Shown here: positions 12,800 through 25,340 of the stretch, piece after piece
Numbering within the stretch: position 1 is the first letter of the stretch
Layout of the letters: each line of letters starts with the position of its first letter
From: Octopus sinensis
Taxonomy: Eukaryota
NCBI RefSeq assembly: GCF_006345805.1
Contig: NC_043005.1
Span: forward strand, 77,376,001-77,440,000
Length of the DNA: 64,000 nucleotides
Reading direction: 5' to 3'
The notes under the pieces: model-generated
Told to the model about the DNA's origin: nothing
Databases searched by the model: none
Seen by the model: the letters and a program-made list of their open reading frames with translations, nothing else
Program-made: the position numbers and the translations under genes

Positions 12800-13137
12800 A
12801 TATATCCGCTAACTCTACTAATTTAGAGCAGCATATGAACTACATAAATAATATTAAAATGCGACATTTGAATAACCCACCTACTGGATCTAGGAAATAT
12901 ACGCATCTAAATAACAACAAAAGATATGTAAACCGTAATGAAAAGCACCAAATACGGCCATCTTGTGATAGTAGAAATGGTTATGATATTGCTAACACGG
13001 TAACAACGTCGTAAAATGAGTTCAGAACTGCCATATATATAAATATAAACAATGCTCATGCAGATAAAAATCAAAATTCCCACTGATGAACCACTGTATG
13101 AGTACAAATCTTGTATATAAATGTACCGTGCACACAA
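12800..13137 (-). pseudogene. Possible rhodopsin-class GPCR pseudo-exon (TM5-TM7-like)
   Basis: SVGILIFICMSIVYIYIY / basic loop (LILRRCYRV) / IITISTITRWPYLVLFITVYISF, one stop, then ...MSHFNIIY. Resembles xWxPY of TM6 and NPxxY of TM7. Pattern match by eye only. Confidence 0.3.
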
Positions 13138-13344
13138 AGGCTGTATGTCTACACTCGGCAGACGGCTGATTTATTTAAGAGTCCTTATCGCAATCATGTC
13201 GCCAGCTTTAAGAGAATCAGTAAGTGACATTCAACATCTTTGGCCGATTTTGTGTGGTGGCTGTAGGAATATAAAATTAGGTATAACATAACTTGATGCA
13301 GTGTAAGGCAAAACCATACAATATCCCTTGACAGCTCTTCACAG

Positions 13345-13465
13345 GCGTATACGACTGCAAGCATTGCAAACCAATCTTTCCCCATTCACTACACCCTTTC
13401 AAGAAGCACGCTTATGTTCTCCACGCAGAATTCGTTCTCCCTCATAAGTGTCGATCTCCTCGTTA
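13345..13465 (-). mobile_element. Second short copy of the RTE-type remnant at 10920-11060
   Basis: tatacgactgcaa.cattgcaaaccaa.ctttccccattcactacacc...ctttcaagaagcacgctta...aagtgtcgatctcctc shared between the two loci. Confidence 0.75.
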
Positions 13466-13524
13466 ACCTTCTTTCTCCATCTGTGTGAGTGTGTGCGTGT
13501 GTATGTGTGTGCGTGTATGTATGT

Positions 13525-13847
13525 GAAGGCGTGTAGCTTAGTGGTTAGGACATTCGGCTGACGATTGTAAAGTCGTGAGTTCAATTCCCGGCGACGCGTT
13601 GTGTCCTTGAGCAAGACACTTTATTTCACGTTGCTCCAGTCCACTCAGCTGGTAAAAATGAGTTGTACCTGTATTTCAAAGGGCCGGCCTTGTCACACTC
13701 TGTGTCACGCTGAATCTCCCTGAGAATTACGTTAAGGGTACACGTGTCTGTGGGTTGCTCAGTCACTTGCACGTTAATTCCACGAGCAAGCTGTTCCGTT
13801 GATCGTATCACCTGGAACCCTCGTCGTCGTAACCGACGGAGTGCTCC
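13525..13847 (+). mobile_element. tRNA-headed SINE (family C), near full length
   Basis: A-box gtagcttagtggttagg, B-box gagttcaattccc, body ...ggaaccctcgtcgtcgtaaccgacggagtgc. Related copies at 45733-46112 (-) and 57276-57600 (+). Confidence 0.85.
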
Positions 13848-13939
13848 TATCTGTATGTACACACATATATACGTATAAATACATATATTACATATGTATG
13901 TGCGTGTGTCTTTGTGCTGTTTGAAAGTTTTGAAATTTT

Positions 13940-14430
13940 CAATCGAACAAATCTATCCCAGAAAGTATTTCCTTTTTTAATCTGTACTTGTTCTATCGGT
14001 TCTTCTTGCCAAACCGCTAAGTTATGGCGACGTATACAAACCAACAACGGTTGTCAAGTGCTATATTGAGAGGCTACCACAAAGACATACGCACATACAT
14101 ATATAATATATGTATTTATACGCATATACGTGTGTACATACATACACGCACACCTACACACACGCACACACATAAATGCATATATACATGCATAAGTACG
14201 TACGTACATACATGCATACATACATACATGCATACATACATACATACATACATACATACATACATACATACATACGACGAACTTCTATTGTTTTTAGTCT
14301 ACCAAATCCACTAACAAGGCCTTGATCGGCGCGCGACAACAGTAGAAGCCCAGATCCTCAGGTGCCACGCAATGGGACTGAGCCTGGTGCCATGTGGATG
14401 GGAAGTAAAATGTCTTACCATGCAGTCACA
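13940..14430 (-). mobile_element. Family A SINE with central (CA)/(CATA)n
   Basis: ccaaaccgctaagttatggcgacgtatac on the left; ggtgccacgcaatgggactgagcctggtgccatgtgg on the right. Confidence 0.75.
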
Positions 14431-15450
14431 TTCAATATTTTCCATACAAAACATTTTTCTATGCATTTCTTATATTTACATACCATATCTTTTTTCTGTT
14501 TTTTTTTTAGATTTCAAAAAATATTCTTCTGTATAAATAATCACATTATCAACACCACATAATCTTTGAAAATGAAGAGGCTAGCCATTAATAGATTATT
14601 ACAAGAGTTAGTTATATGAAACATAATTGGTCTATTTTAGACGCTAATTAAGCGAAAAAGATATTCTAAGCAGTTTTAACACATATTCATTAACTGCTTA
14701 AAGTACAAGATATAAATACTCATCACAAAGAGAGAAATTTAGTATTTTAATCGTCGTCTTTTCTCTTTTCGTTTTATATAATCTCTAAATTTTTTTCTTT
14801 ATTCAACTGTTTTTTTTTGTTTATTTATTTTTCTTGTTTCTCCAATTCCAAGGTTTTTCTGCTTTAAAATACAATTTTTAATTTAGTAGAAAAATTTATA
14901 TTGAAAACGCATTCCAAATTAAAACTGCAAGCATATTTTAAACATGAATATTATATGCTCATATGTGAATGGATTAGAATGGATGAGTGTGTATGCACGT
15001 GTGTACACACGTATGTATGTATGTGTGTGTATGTAGATTTGTGTATATGCAAATATTTATTATTGTTTACTTATGTATCTATGCATGTTTTTACGTATGT
15101 ATATTATGTGTGTGTGTGTGTCCATGTGTGTGTGTTTGTGTGTATGTATGCAAGTGTACATGTGTTTGTATGAGTACGTGTGATTATGTATAACTTCTAA
15201 GGATACTGAAAGGCAATTACGTCATCCCGTTTCACAGCTTAACTACACATTTCACAGCTATCGCCGGATAAATGTAAATTTTAACGCGCATGCTCCAGGC
15301 TCTAATTACCTGACAGTCACATACTGAAAAGTAAATATAGTTACAGGCTTCTGTTTGCACATGTCTTTCACCAGTAGAAATTAAGCCCCACACTCACACA
15401 ACGCATTTACACCACAACATATTATATAATATATATATATATATATGTAA

Positions 15451-15506
<56 letters not shown>

Positions 15507-15591
15507 ATATATATATGTGTATATATATATATATATATATAATATATATTATATATGTATGTATATTTACATATATATATACATGTATATA

Positions 15592-16270
15592 AAAACGAAT
15601 TTGTTCAAGGTATTTTACAAATCTATATCTAAGCACTTTATTAAATAAAATAATAAAGAATAAAAATATGATAAAATAATTAATAGTAAAAGTGATTAAA
15701 ATAGGTTTTTCAGTATCTAAAAATTTGTCTAGAATTCTCTCATCTATTAATAATAAAAGTTTAGCTACTTTTATAATGATAGAAATAATACTACCATTAC
15801 AGAAAACGATCTAGCTAGAAATTGCGATTGTAGATTTGTGGGTAAGCGTTATTTTCAAAATTTTTGTTTATAGAAAAATATTGTACATAGATGTAGGGTG
15901 GATTCGAACGTAGAACTTATTTTTACATAGGATTAATGGACAATTTTATTAAAAACGGATAGTAAGCCATGAGTACACCTTTATGAATAGAAACATGTAT
16001 AACAGTACTATTCTTAGTAAACTAATTTGGAAATTGAAGGATAGTAAGAAATTATACAAAATATTGAAGGATAGTAACAAATTATACAAAATAAATTGGA
16101 AAATATTCATGCTAGATCGGATAAAATTAATGACGCTAGCTGTAACGATTGCATAGATGAATTATACCAGATATTAACATCTAAGAAGAAATTGCTAAAA
16201 GAAAGACGTGATAGTGTTCTATCGCGTACACACTATTCTAAATATGTGCTTGGAAAATTGTATCAAGTGT
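15592..16270 (+). mobile_element. Penelope-like element remnant: RT-EN linker plus GIY-YIG endonuclease (stops and frameshifts)
   Basis: KTNLFKVFYKSISKHF...KIINSKVIKIGFS, NCDC, NIVH, FYIGL, H...NSTILSKLIWKLKDS...INWKI, SCNDCIDELYQIL...LL...HYSKYVL are collinear with the PLE EN region. Contains an in-frame 30-bp duplication at 16033-16092. Confidence 0.8.
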
Positions 16271-16430
16271 CTATATTTGTACTCGTATCTACCCATTTAT
16301 ATGTGAACATGTATATGTGCATATGTGTGTATATATGTATATATATATGTATATTTGTATTTATAAGTGCATGTGTATATGCATACATATGTATATGTAC
16401 AAGTATGCCCATGCAAGTCTCTATATTCAT

Positions 16431-16480
<50 letters not shown>

Positions 16481-16677
16481 ATAAGGATGTATATGTATGC
16501 ATCTATGTGTATTGCTATATATACATTTGTAATCATATAGGTATTTATATTTTAGTTATGAGTGTATTTGTGTGTATATCTGTATATGTATATAGATATA
16601 TATGTATCTATACATATACAGATATATACATAAACAGATATATGTATATACAGATATATACATGTATATGTATATAA

Positions 16678-16711
<34 letters not shown>

Positions 16712-17020
16712 TGTGTGTGTGTGTGTGTGTGCGTGCGTGTGTGTATATGTGTATGTATGTATGCGTATTTGTATGTATGTGAATCTATATATGTGTGTGT
16801 ATGTGTGTATATGTTTATATGTATGTACGTAATATATATATATATATATTATTATATATATATATATATATTTAAGTAGGTGAATGAATTATCCTATGTT
16901 TATCGTCAGCATGGAAAATTCGTTTAACCGAAACCTGGTAGCAATTCACGTCAGAATACGGTTGAAGCGACTTGTCAAGGGTGGAAACTCCGGGTTCATG
17001 TGCAGAAATTTGTGTGTTGT

Positions 17021-17274
17021 ATATGAATAAATGAAAGAATGGAGTCGAACGAAGATGTTAACAAAATTCCTTTACTCTCGACATATGTTTCGAAGACAGC
17101 ATGTTTTCATTCCAAAGGAATAAAGGGTGCATTATGCAATCTTCTCATCTTCCTCATGAGAAGATTGCATAATTCCTTTGGAATGAAAACATGCTGTCTT
17201 CGAAACATATGTCGAGAGTAAAGGAATTTTTTTTAACATCTTCGTTCGACTCCATTTTTTTCATTTATTCATAT
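17021..17274. repeat. 254-bp near-perfect inverted repeat (arms ~120 bp, 7-nt loop)
   Basis: atatgaataaatgaaa...cttctcat / cttcctc / atgagaag...tttcatttattcatat. One 11-nt insert (17121-17131) in the left arm. Confidence 0.95.
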
Positions 17275-17313
17275 ATATAATATATATATATATTATATAT
17301 ATATATATAATAT

Positions 17314-17369
<56 letters not shown>

Positions 17370-17514
17370 TGTACGTATGTGTATGTATATGTAAGTATGT
17401 GTTTATGAATATATATACATGTGTATACATAATATATGTGGTGAGTGTGTGTGTGTGTGTTGTGTGTGTGTGTGTGTGTGTGTGTGTCTGTGTGTGTGTG
17501 TATCTTTAAGTTTA

Positions 17515-17873
17515 GTTTTCTTAATCTACATACGTCCCCTGCCCAATTCAAGATCACAGCATATAGGTACACTGCAACATAATTTCTTTTCCTCAACAGC
17601 CCCTGCCTATTTAAATATTGTCCCGAGGGAGATCAAAGAGGAAAAGGATCCCATCAACTTTAAACGGAGTCTGGATAGATTCCTTCAAAGAATACCAGAT
17701 AAGCCACCCATAATTGGATACAACTCACCCAACAAGAACTCACTACTTGAATGGACCATAAACAAAACTTGACTTAAACAGGATTTGAATAATCCTATCA
17801 GGTGGTACTATTAAGTCAGACATGGCCTGGACCAATCTTTGGTCGAAACATATCTAAGTTTATCTAAGTTTAT
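17515..17873 (+). mobile_element. CR1-group LINE 3' end with short tandem tail
   Basis: ...FFSSTAPAYLNIVPREIKEEKDPINFKRSLDRFLQRIPDKPPIIGY...NSL (typical FKxxLDxFL-IPDxP C-terminus), then a gacc/ggtc stem-loop and (TATCTAAGTT)x2. Confidence 0.8.
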
Positions 17874-17989
17874 TTATATTATAATATTGAATTTGGAAAA
17901 TATTTTGTTAGTGGATTAATTCAGAATTTGATTTTTGTTAATGCAATCCTTGTAGTTAATGTTATATACATCATTATATTAGTATTATA

Positions 17990-18900
17990 TTAATTATGTA
18001 TCACAAATACGATGTTTTCATCTTATTTGTGATATAATGGAAAATATGTATAAATACATTCATTCAATTTATTAGTAATTCGATGATAATTATAATAATG
18101 ATAATAATGATAAATAGTTTTAATTGACTTAATAAAAAGATTTAATAATTAGCATAGTATTGTATTGTTTATAACTTGTGTTCTTAACATAATATAACAT
18201 AAACAGTTATTAAATCATAAAATTTGATTATATACTATTTATAGTCTTTTAATTAAAGAATAATAATATTAATTATTTTATCGTGAGCAATCCTTAGTAC
18301 TTGTTTTGTTATATTACTTACTTTTTACTTATTTACAGAGTTCTCCCTTCTATATTATACGAATAATAATCCTTAGTTATGTAACTCCAAATCCGGTTAC
18401 TTCTAAAAAAAACATTAACATGTTGATATCCACTATCATAGCCTATCTCTGTATCTATGGGGTATTTAGGTTATAGTGTTTACAGCCATAAGTTTATCTT
18501 CACGTTTGTTAAGTAAACAAAGAAAAATTTTTTATTGGGTTTCTATTCATATTTATTACAGATTTATCCCTCCTATAAACAATAATTATAGAACATTTCT
18601 ATTAATTACATTAAACAAGGTTTTTCGTTTTTTCTTATATCAATAACTTTAAATAAATAGAAGAGTTATTATATATTACAGATATAATTATCATTTATAT
18701 TTTTTACGTTGTATTACAGTTCTAGATAAAGCAAGACACTGATACTTAATTATATACGCATATATATTATTGTTGTATGTTATAATAGCGAGAGATTCTC
18801 TTAGACATAAACAAGTTTGGATTGATATTATTTGAGATATATAGAAATACATTTCGATAATTGCAGATTACACTTAATTTTTTTGTCCGTTATAATTGTT
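17990..18900 (-). mobile_element. Heavily decayed Penelope-like RT remnant (tentative)
   Basis: Very AT-rich. Scattered minus-strand pieces CLRESL, FLEVT and KSSNITKQ fall in the order expected for PLE RT (ARxSL, FLDVT, SNHP). Confidence 0.35.
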
Positions 18901-19408
18901 TGCTGTTTTTTTTTTTTGTAATTTAATTGATTTGTAATTGAATAGTTAACGCTCACGCTCATAATACATAGGCATTTCAATTAATTTTTTTACAATCCAG
19001 CCGTCCTTTCACACAGAATTGTGTCTATCTTTAAACTCTAGCTCTGGTGAGGCTTATAGATGAGGTTATTATTTATATATCAAAAGATGTGTGTAAGCCG
19101 AAAAAATACTCTTGACCTTTTGATGTTTTAATAATTGCTTATGTTATATTATGTTATATTATATTCATAGTATATTATGTTATATTATAATATAAATAAA
19201 TTATTGGATTGTCAACTGTATCTCTATTTAATTTATTGTTTGTAATTTGCACTATACCCATATTTAGATAGTATTCAACTGACGTACCAGTGAATTGAAT
19301 ATTCCACACACCTCTTTGAAGGAATTATTGTCCTTTGTTACTTAATTTACACACACCCACATACAGATATATACATAGATATATAACATCTATAATATAT
19401 ATATATAT

Positions 19409-19462
<54 letters not shown>

Positions 19463-20065
19463 TATACACAGGTGATATGTAACTAAATTCTTTTTTTAAT
19501 GACTTGCTTTGAAGTTTTGCATTCGGTACAATTTGTTTATTTTAGTAGTTTTGACTGCAAGGATCCCTCCTAGCGTGCGGTATCTATGAATAGTAGTACC
19601 CTCAATGTAATATAAATAAATATTTTCAAAGTGGAAAAATTTACGGATTTTTTCTCTTACGAGGTTTTTCACGCTAACTACTGATAATTTCTTACAAAGA
19701 TTTTATCCTCAATTTTTAAATTTATATTTTTCACCGAATAATTCATACTGATTTTTGTTCCGAGTAAGCAATTTGTTACCGAAATGCATTGATTGCGAAT
19801 AAGCCCGCCATTTTCAATGATATGTAAAGATAAACATTCGTACATGCTACGACGAATTCTACGGTTGGCTTGTCGGTTATATTGTTATGTTTTTCTTATG
19901 AAATACAAAATATGCATGTGTTTACATACATCTTTGAGCTTCTCTCCTTCAACACCTCGAATGTAAGCTCTCTTCCTTGAAGACAGAGCCTCGTCTAATC
20001 CTACGATAGAATCAATCTACAAACATTATTTTTGATCACGAGACCCCGGAAATTGCTGTTGGATT

Positions 20066-20428
20066 TAGTGGATGCATGGTAAGTAGCTTGCTTACGAACC
20101 ACATGGTTCCGGGTTCAGTCCCACAGCCTTGTGAGTGGATTTGGTAGACGGAAACTGAAAAGAAGCCTGTCGTATATATGTATGTGTATATATATATGTA
20201 TATGTGTGTGTGTGTGTGTGTCTGCATTTGTTCCCCCCCTCACCATCGCTTGACAACCGATGTTGCAGTATTAATGTCCTCGTAACTTCGCGGTCCGGCA
20301 AAGGAAACCGATAAAATAAGTAATAGGCTTATAAAGAATAAATCTTGGGGTCGATTTGCTCGACTAAAGGCGGTGCTCCAGCATGGCCGCAGTCAAATGA
20401 CTGAAACAAGTAAAAGAGTAAAGAGTAA
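20066..20428 (+). mobile_element. Family A SINE with a short deletion in the head half
   Basis: ggtaagtagcttgcttacgaaccacatggttccgggttcagtccc...(TA/TG)n...ggcggtgctccagcatggccgcagtcaaatgactgaaacaagtaaaagagtaaagag. Confidence 0.9.
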
Positions 20429-20583
20429 CCCCTTTAATTCTCAGTATCTCAACTTTTGTATATAAACATACATTTTTCGTATTTCATGCATTTAAAATAC
20501 CTTAAATATTGATCTGTCTAACTTGCTTATCCCTACATTTACTTATATATATATACACATACAGACACACACACACACGCACA

Positions 20584-20666
<83 letters not shown>

Positions 20667-21242
20667 TAATATATAACGCGCACGCACAAATACACACACA
20701 CAAACACATTAAAACTCATGCATACGGTATAGGTTTGACAGTCGGGTTTCATTCCTATAAAAGAGACAAGCTTTTATACCAAAGTGTTTTTATGTTGTAC
20801 AAAATCATTGTAGCATCAGCGAATGTAAATGTTACAAATTTTTAGGTAAAATTAAATTATATCTCACTCCACAACACTCAGTTTTACTCTGTTCTGAAAC
20901 GATAGCATTTGACTCAAAATTAATTTCGTCTCTTTTAGTCTTAATGCAGAAAACAAGTAAATTGAATCTTCGTTAAAGGATGTCCATTAGAAATTCAAAT
21001 ATCTGTCTAAAAACATATTCATTGCGTCACCGTCGTAATTAACGTCTTATCTAAATCATGCATCAGATTAACATTTAGCAGCGAAGTAGACGAAACAGAA
21101 TTAAAAAAAAGGTAGAAGAGGATGAGAAGAAAAGATATATATACATATAAATATGTGTTGTATGTGTGAGAGGAAGAGAGAGAGGTTACACATATATGCA
21201 TATACATATACGTATATGTCTATGTATAATATATATATTAGT

Positions 21243-21379
21243 GTGGAGGCGCAATGGCCTAGTGGTTAGGCAGCGGACTCGCGGTCGCAGGATCGCGGTT
21301 TCGATTCCAAGAACGGGCGTTGTGAGGGTTATTGAACGAAAAAAAACACCTAAAGCTCCACGAGGCTCCCGCAGGGGTG
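21243..21379 (+). mobile_element. tRNA-derived SINE head (family C variant) truncated by the gap
   Basis: gtggaggcgcaatggcctagtggttagg...ggtttcgattcc; matches the reverse complement of 45990-46112. Confidence 0.85.
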
Positions 21380-21479
21380 NNNNNNNNNNNNNNNNNNNNN
21401 NNNNNNNNNNNNNNNNNNNNNNNNNNNNNNNNNNNNNNNNNNNNNNNNNNNNNNNNNNNNNNNNNNNNNNNNNNNNNNN
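21380..21479. other. Assembly gap (100 N)
   Basis: Run of exactly 100 n. Confidence 1.
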
Positions 21480-22465
21480 CATGGCCGCAGTCAAATGACT
21501 GAAACAAGTAAAGAGTAAAGAGTAACCCTTTAATTCTCAGTATCTCAACTTTGTATCTAAACATACATTTTTCGTATTTCATGCATTTAAAATACCTTAA
21601 ATATTGATCTGTCTAACTTGCTTTATCCTACATTTCTTATATATATATACACATACAGATACACACACATACACACGCACACGCACACACACATACACAC
21701 ACACATATATTATAATATATATATATATATATATATAAAATACATAATATATAATATATAAATATAACGCGCTCACATACACACACGCACGCACAAATAC
21801 CACACACACACACACACAAAACATTGAAACTCATGCGTACGGTATAGGTTTGACAGTCGGGTTTCATTCCTATAAAGAGACAAGCTTTTATACCAAAGTG
21901 TTTTTATGTTGTACAAAATCATTGTAGCATCAGCGAATGTAAATGTTACAAATTTTTAGGTAAAATTAAATTATATCTTACTCCACAACACCCAGTTTTA
22001 CTCTGTTCTGAAACGATAACATTTGGCTCAAAATTAATTTCGTCTCTTTTAGTCTTAATGCAGAAAACAAGTAAATTGAATCTTCGTTAAAGGATGTCCA
22101 TTAGAATTCAAATCTCTGTCTAAAAACATATTCATTGCGTCACCGTCGTAATTAACATCTTATCTAAATCATGCATCGGATTAACATTTAGCAGCTACAG
22201 CATCTTCAAGTTTAGGTTTGACCAACAGAAGGAAGAGACGAATAAGACGAAACAGAATAAAAAAAGGTAGAAGAGGATGAGAAGAAAAGATATATATACA
22301 TATAAATATGTGTGTATGTGTAAGAGAGAGAGGTTACACATATATGCATATACATATATATCTATGTATGTATGTATATTTATATATGAACGCCATGTTG
22401 GATCGTTAACCCCTACACGCATTTTTTCTTTCTCTCCTTGTTTCTCCCCTTGTTCTTTTCTGTGT

Positions 22466-22506
22466 ATCTTTCTGTCGAAGAGCGTAGGCTCGAAACGTGA
22501 AAGACT
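22466..22506 (+). ncRNA. Degenerate minimal hammerhead-like motif (PLE pLTR type)
   Basis: tcttt-ctgtcga-a-gagc(gtag)gctc-gaaa-cgtg-aaaga. Core deviates from CUGANGA and the cleavage triplet is altered. Confidence 0.45.
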
Positions 22507-22599
22507 TGTTTTATTTCTATTCCTGAGCGCCATACTAATACATTAGTTGTTTGTACTCCACCTGCCTTCGTCTTTTGTTTATTTTCGTAAACCTTCCCG

Positions 22600-22632
<33 letters not shown>

Positions 22633-23091
22633 TAATATATATATATATATTGTATGTATAAGGGCAAAAGGAAAAGAATTTTTCTAGCAATATGCTGAAA
22701 ACTATACTTTAGATTGTATAACTACATACAATATTTTTCACTGTAAATACATATACATATTTATGCATGTGTGTGTGCGTATGTGTATGTGTGTGCCTGC
22801 GCGCGTGTAGGGTATTTCCTATGTTTCCTACTATAGCATAGAAGCAATATGTTTATATTCTCATAATTTCTTCTCATAGCAATGGATTTCTAATATATAA
22901 AGATATAATTATACACACACACACGTATACGCACACACACACAATCACATAAACACACCAAACACACACGCAAATGAACGTATATATATATATGCATTTA
23001 TATATGTATATATATGTATTTATATATGTATATATATATATATATATGTGTGTATATAATATACGTATATATATATATATGTGTGTATATA

Positions 23092-23131
<40 letters not shown>

Positions 23132-23932
23132 TGTATGTATGTATTTCTGTTTGTATATGTTGATACGAAAAATATATGAAAGAAATCATCAATCCACAGG
23201 TCAGCTGTGAATGGAACTTATGCATCAGTGTTAACCAGTATTCTCCATCCGCTGGCTTAGATTCAACAATCAAGATTAAAAATAGCTTTATGAAATAGTT
23301 TAATTCTAATCATCGCCCAGTTGTGTGCCTTTTGGAGTGTTATTCCTAACTATTATGATCATAGACTAAAATACTCAATTATCGGCTTTGTGCTTATTGA
23401 TTTACATTCGATTTGCTCAGCTTATGTAAGGAATGCATGTGCAGTTCAGTTTTATATTCTACAAATTCAACGATAAAATTACACCCTTTGAGGTTTAATC
23501 TATAAATGAACATGCAATGACATTTATGTATTTCGAATTATATGTGGATACCGATGCCCATATCAAAGGGTACTACAAAACCATAATAAATTTATCAGTG
23601 AAATACCCTGTATATTTCACAAGCGGAACTCAATCATGCATACATAATACATAAATACACTCACACATACATTTAAACACACACGCCTACATATATATTT
23701 ATATATACATATACATATACACACACACGGATATATATATAAATTAGAGATAAAACCACTATTAGGCAACTCAAACAGTGATAGATTTTCCCCTGAAAGT
23801 TTGGATATAGTCCCTAATATTATTATTATTATTATTATTATTATATTATATATATACATATATATATATATATCTACATACACATATACATATATATATA
23901 TGTGTATAATGTTTGTAATACAACACACACAC

Positions 23933-23997
<65 letters not shown>

Positions 23998-24329
23998 TAT
24001 ATTATATATATATATACATACGAATATTCATATATATATAAATGAAATTGGATTTTTTTTGTCTATCACACAGAGTCAAGTTTATGTAGTGTAACAAATG
24101 TTTGGATATTTTTTTACAAATTTGTCTTTGTGAATCTTGGATAAATGTAACTGATCATTCCATATTGTAGATTTTTCAGTTCAGTATTTATTTGATGGAG
24201 TTTCTTTTATTATTTTCATGCAATAAAAATGCAAATTAAAAGCGATGGATTCAAATCGATAGGCAAAATTTTGAAGTATTTTAAATTGCCACTGAAGGGC
24301 ATTAAAAAATCGATATGAATCCCATAACC

Positions 24330-24480
24330 CGACATTAGGTTTGATCATTTGCATCTCAACACTGCCACCACACTATAAGACTGTGAAATATGCCAATTGT
24401 AATTGTGAAAACACATTATAGTTCATAACTTTAGGTACCTTGGGGTCTTCAGCTCGATTTCTTTCACACGTTGTAGAATA
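24330..24480 (+). mobile_element. LINE RT C-terminal remnant (tentative)
   Basis: FDHLHLNTA and HNFRYLGVFSS resemble the LxLNxxKT and FKYLGV RT motifs. Confidence 0.35.
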
Positions 24481-24527
24481 CCACATTAGGCATTTATCCT
24501 CCCTTAATCCAATTTATCTTCCCTTAA

Positions 24528-24777
24528 TCCTTTAGCATTCAGACTACTCTGTCAAATGTAATGGTTTTTTGTTTTCTTGAAGAGTTTTGGTCGGATAAAT
24601 CGACCTAAGGACTTATTTTTTAAGAGTTGGTACTTATTCCGAACCGCTAAGTTACATGGATGTAAACATACCAACACCGGTTGCCTAGTGGGGGTGGAGG
24701 GGAACAAACACAGACACAAAGACACACATACACACACACGCACACATAAACACACACGCACACATACACACACATAT

Positions 24778-24866
<89 letters not shown>

Positions 24867-24914
24867 GACAGACAGGCAGACAGACTGATAGATAGATAGA
24901 TAGATAGATAGATG

Positions 24915-25002
<88 letters not shown>

Positions 25003-25266
25003 CAACAGGTTCTTCCAGATTCCGTCTACCAAATCCACTCGAAAGGTTTTGGTTAACCCGAGGTCACAGTAAAAGACTGCACTGAACCAAGAAGCAAGTT
25101 TCTTGCCACACAGCCACTTTTCATCATGCACAACCCCGTAGATTTCGATCATGTGGTTTATATTTAGAATAATATTATTGAGTAAGTGCAAGAGGTCATA
25201 TCTGGTTTGAACATAGAACAGTTAGAATATTTGTGCCGGGTATGGCCGGTTCAAAATGCTGAAGAG
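24528..25266. mobile_element. TTAA-flanked (piggyBac-like) non-autonomous element with a nested family A SINE carrying (GATA)n
   Basis: ttaa|tcctttagcattc ... aaatgctgaagag|ttaa. SINE halves at ~24560-24720 and ~25005-25125. Confidence 0.5.
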
Positions 25267-25301
25267 TTAAATCACTTTATATATATATATTTCATCGTGT
25301 T

Positions 25302-25340
25302 CCTTTCTGGTGAAGAGCGTAGGCTCGAAACGTAAAAAAC
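25302..25340 (+). ncRNA. Degenerate minimal hammerhead-like motif, same family as 22466
   Basis: cttt-ctggtga-a-gagc(gtag)gctc-gaaa-cgta-aaaa. Confidence 0.45.

Larger units (their letters stand above)
20381..22345. repeat. ~0.8-kb direct duplication (20381-21200 vs 21480-22345) across an assembly gap
   Basis: Both copies start catggccgcagtcaaatgactg and share unique sequence, differing by SNPs, indels and microsatellite length. Confidence 0.9.

Noticed and set aside
21243-21320. tRNA gene calls for A-box/B-box sequences (also 13525, 30115, 46040, 58069)
   Set aside because: They run directly into SINE bodies and I could not fold a full cloverleaf; treated as SINE heads.
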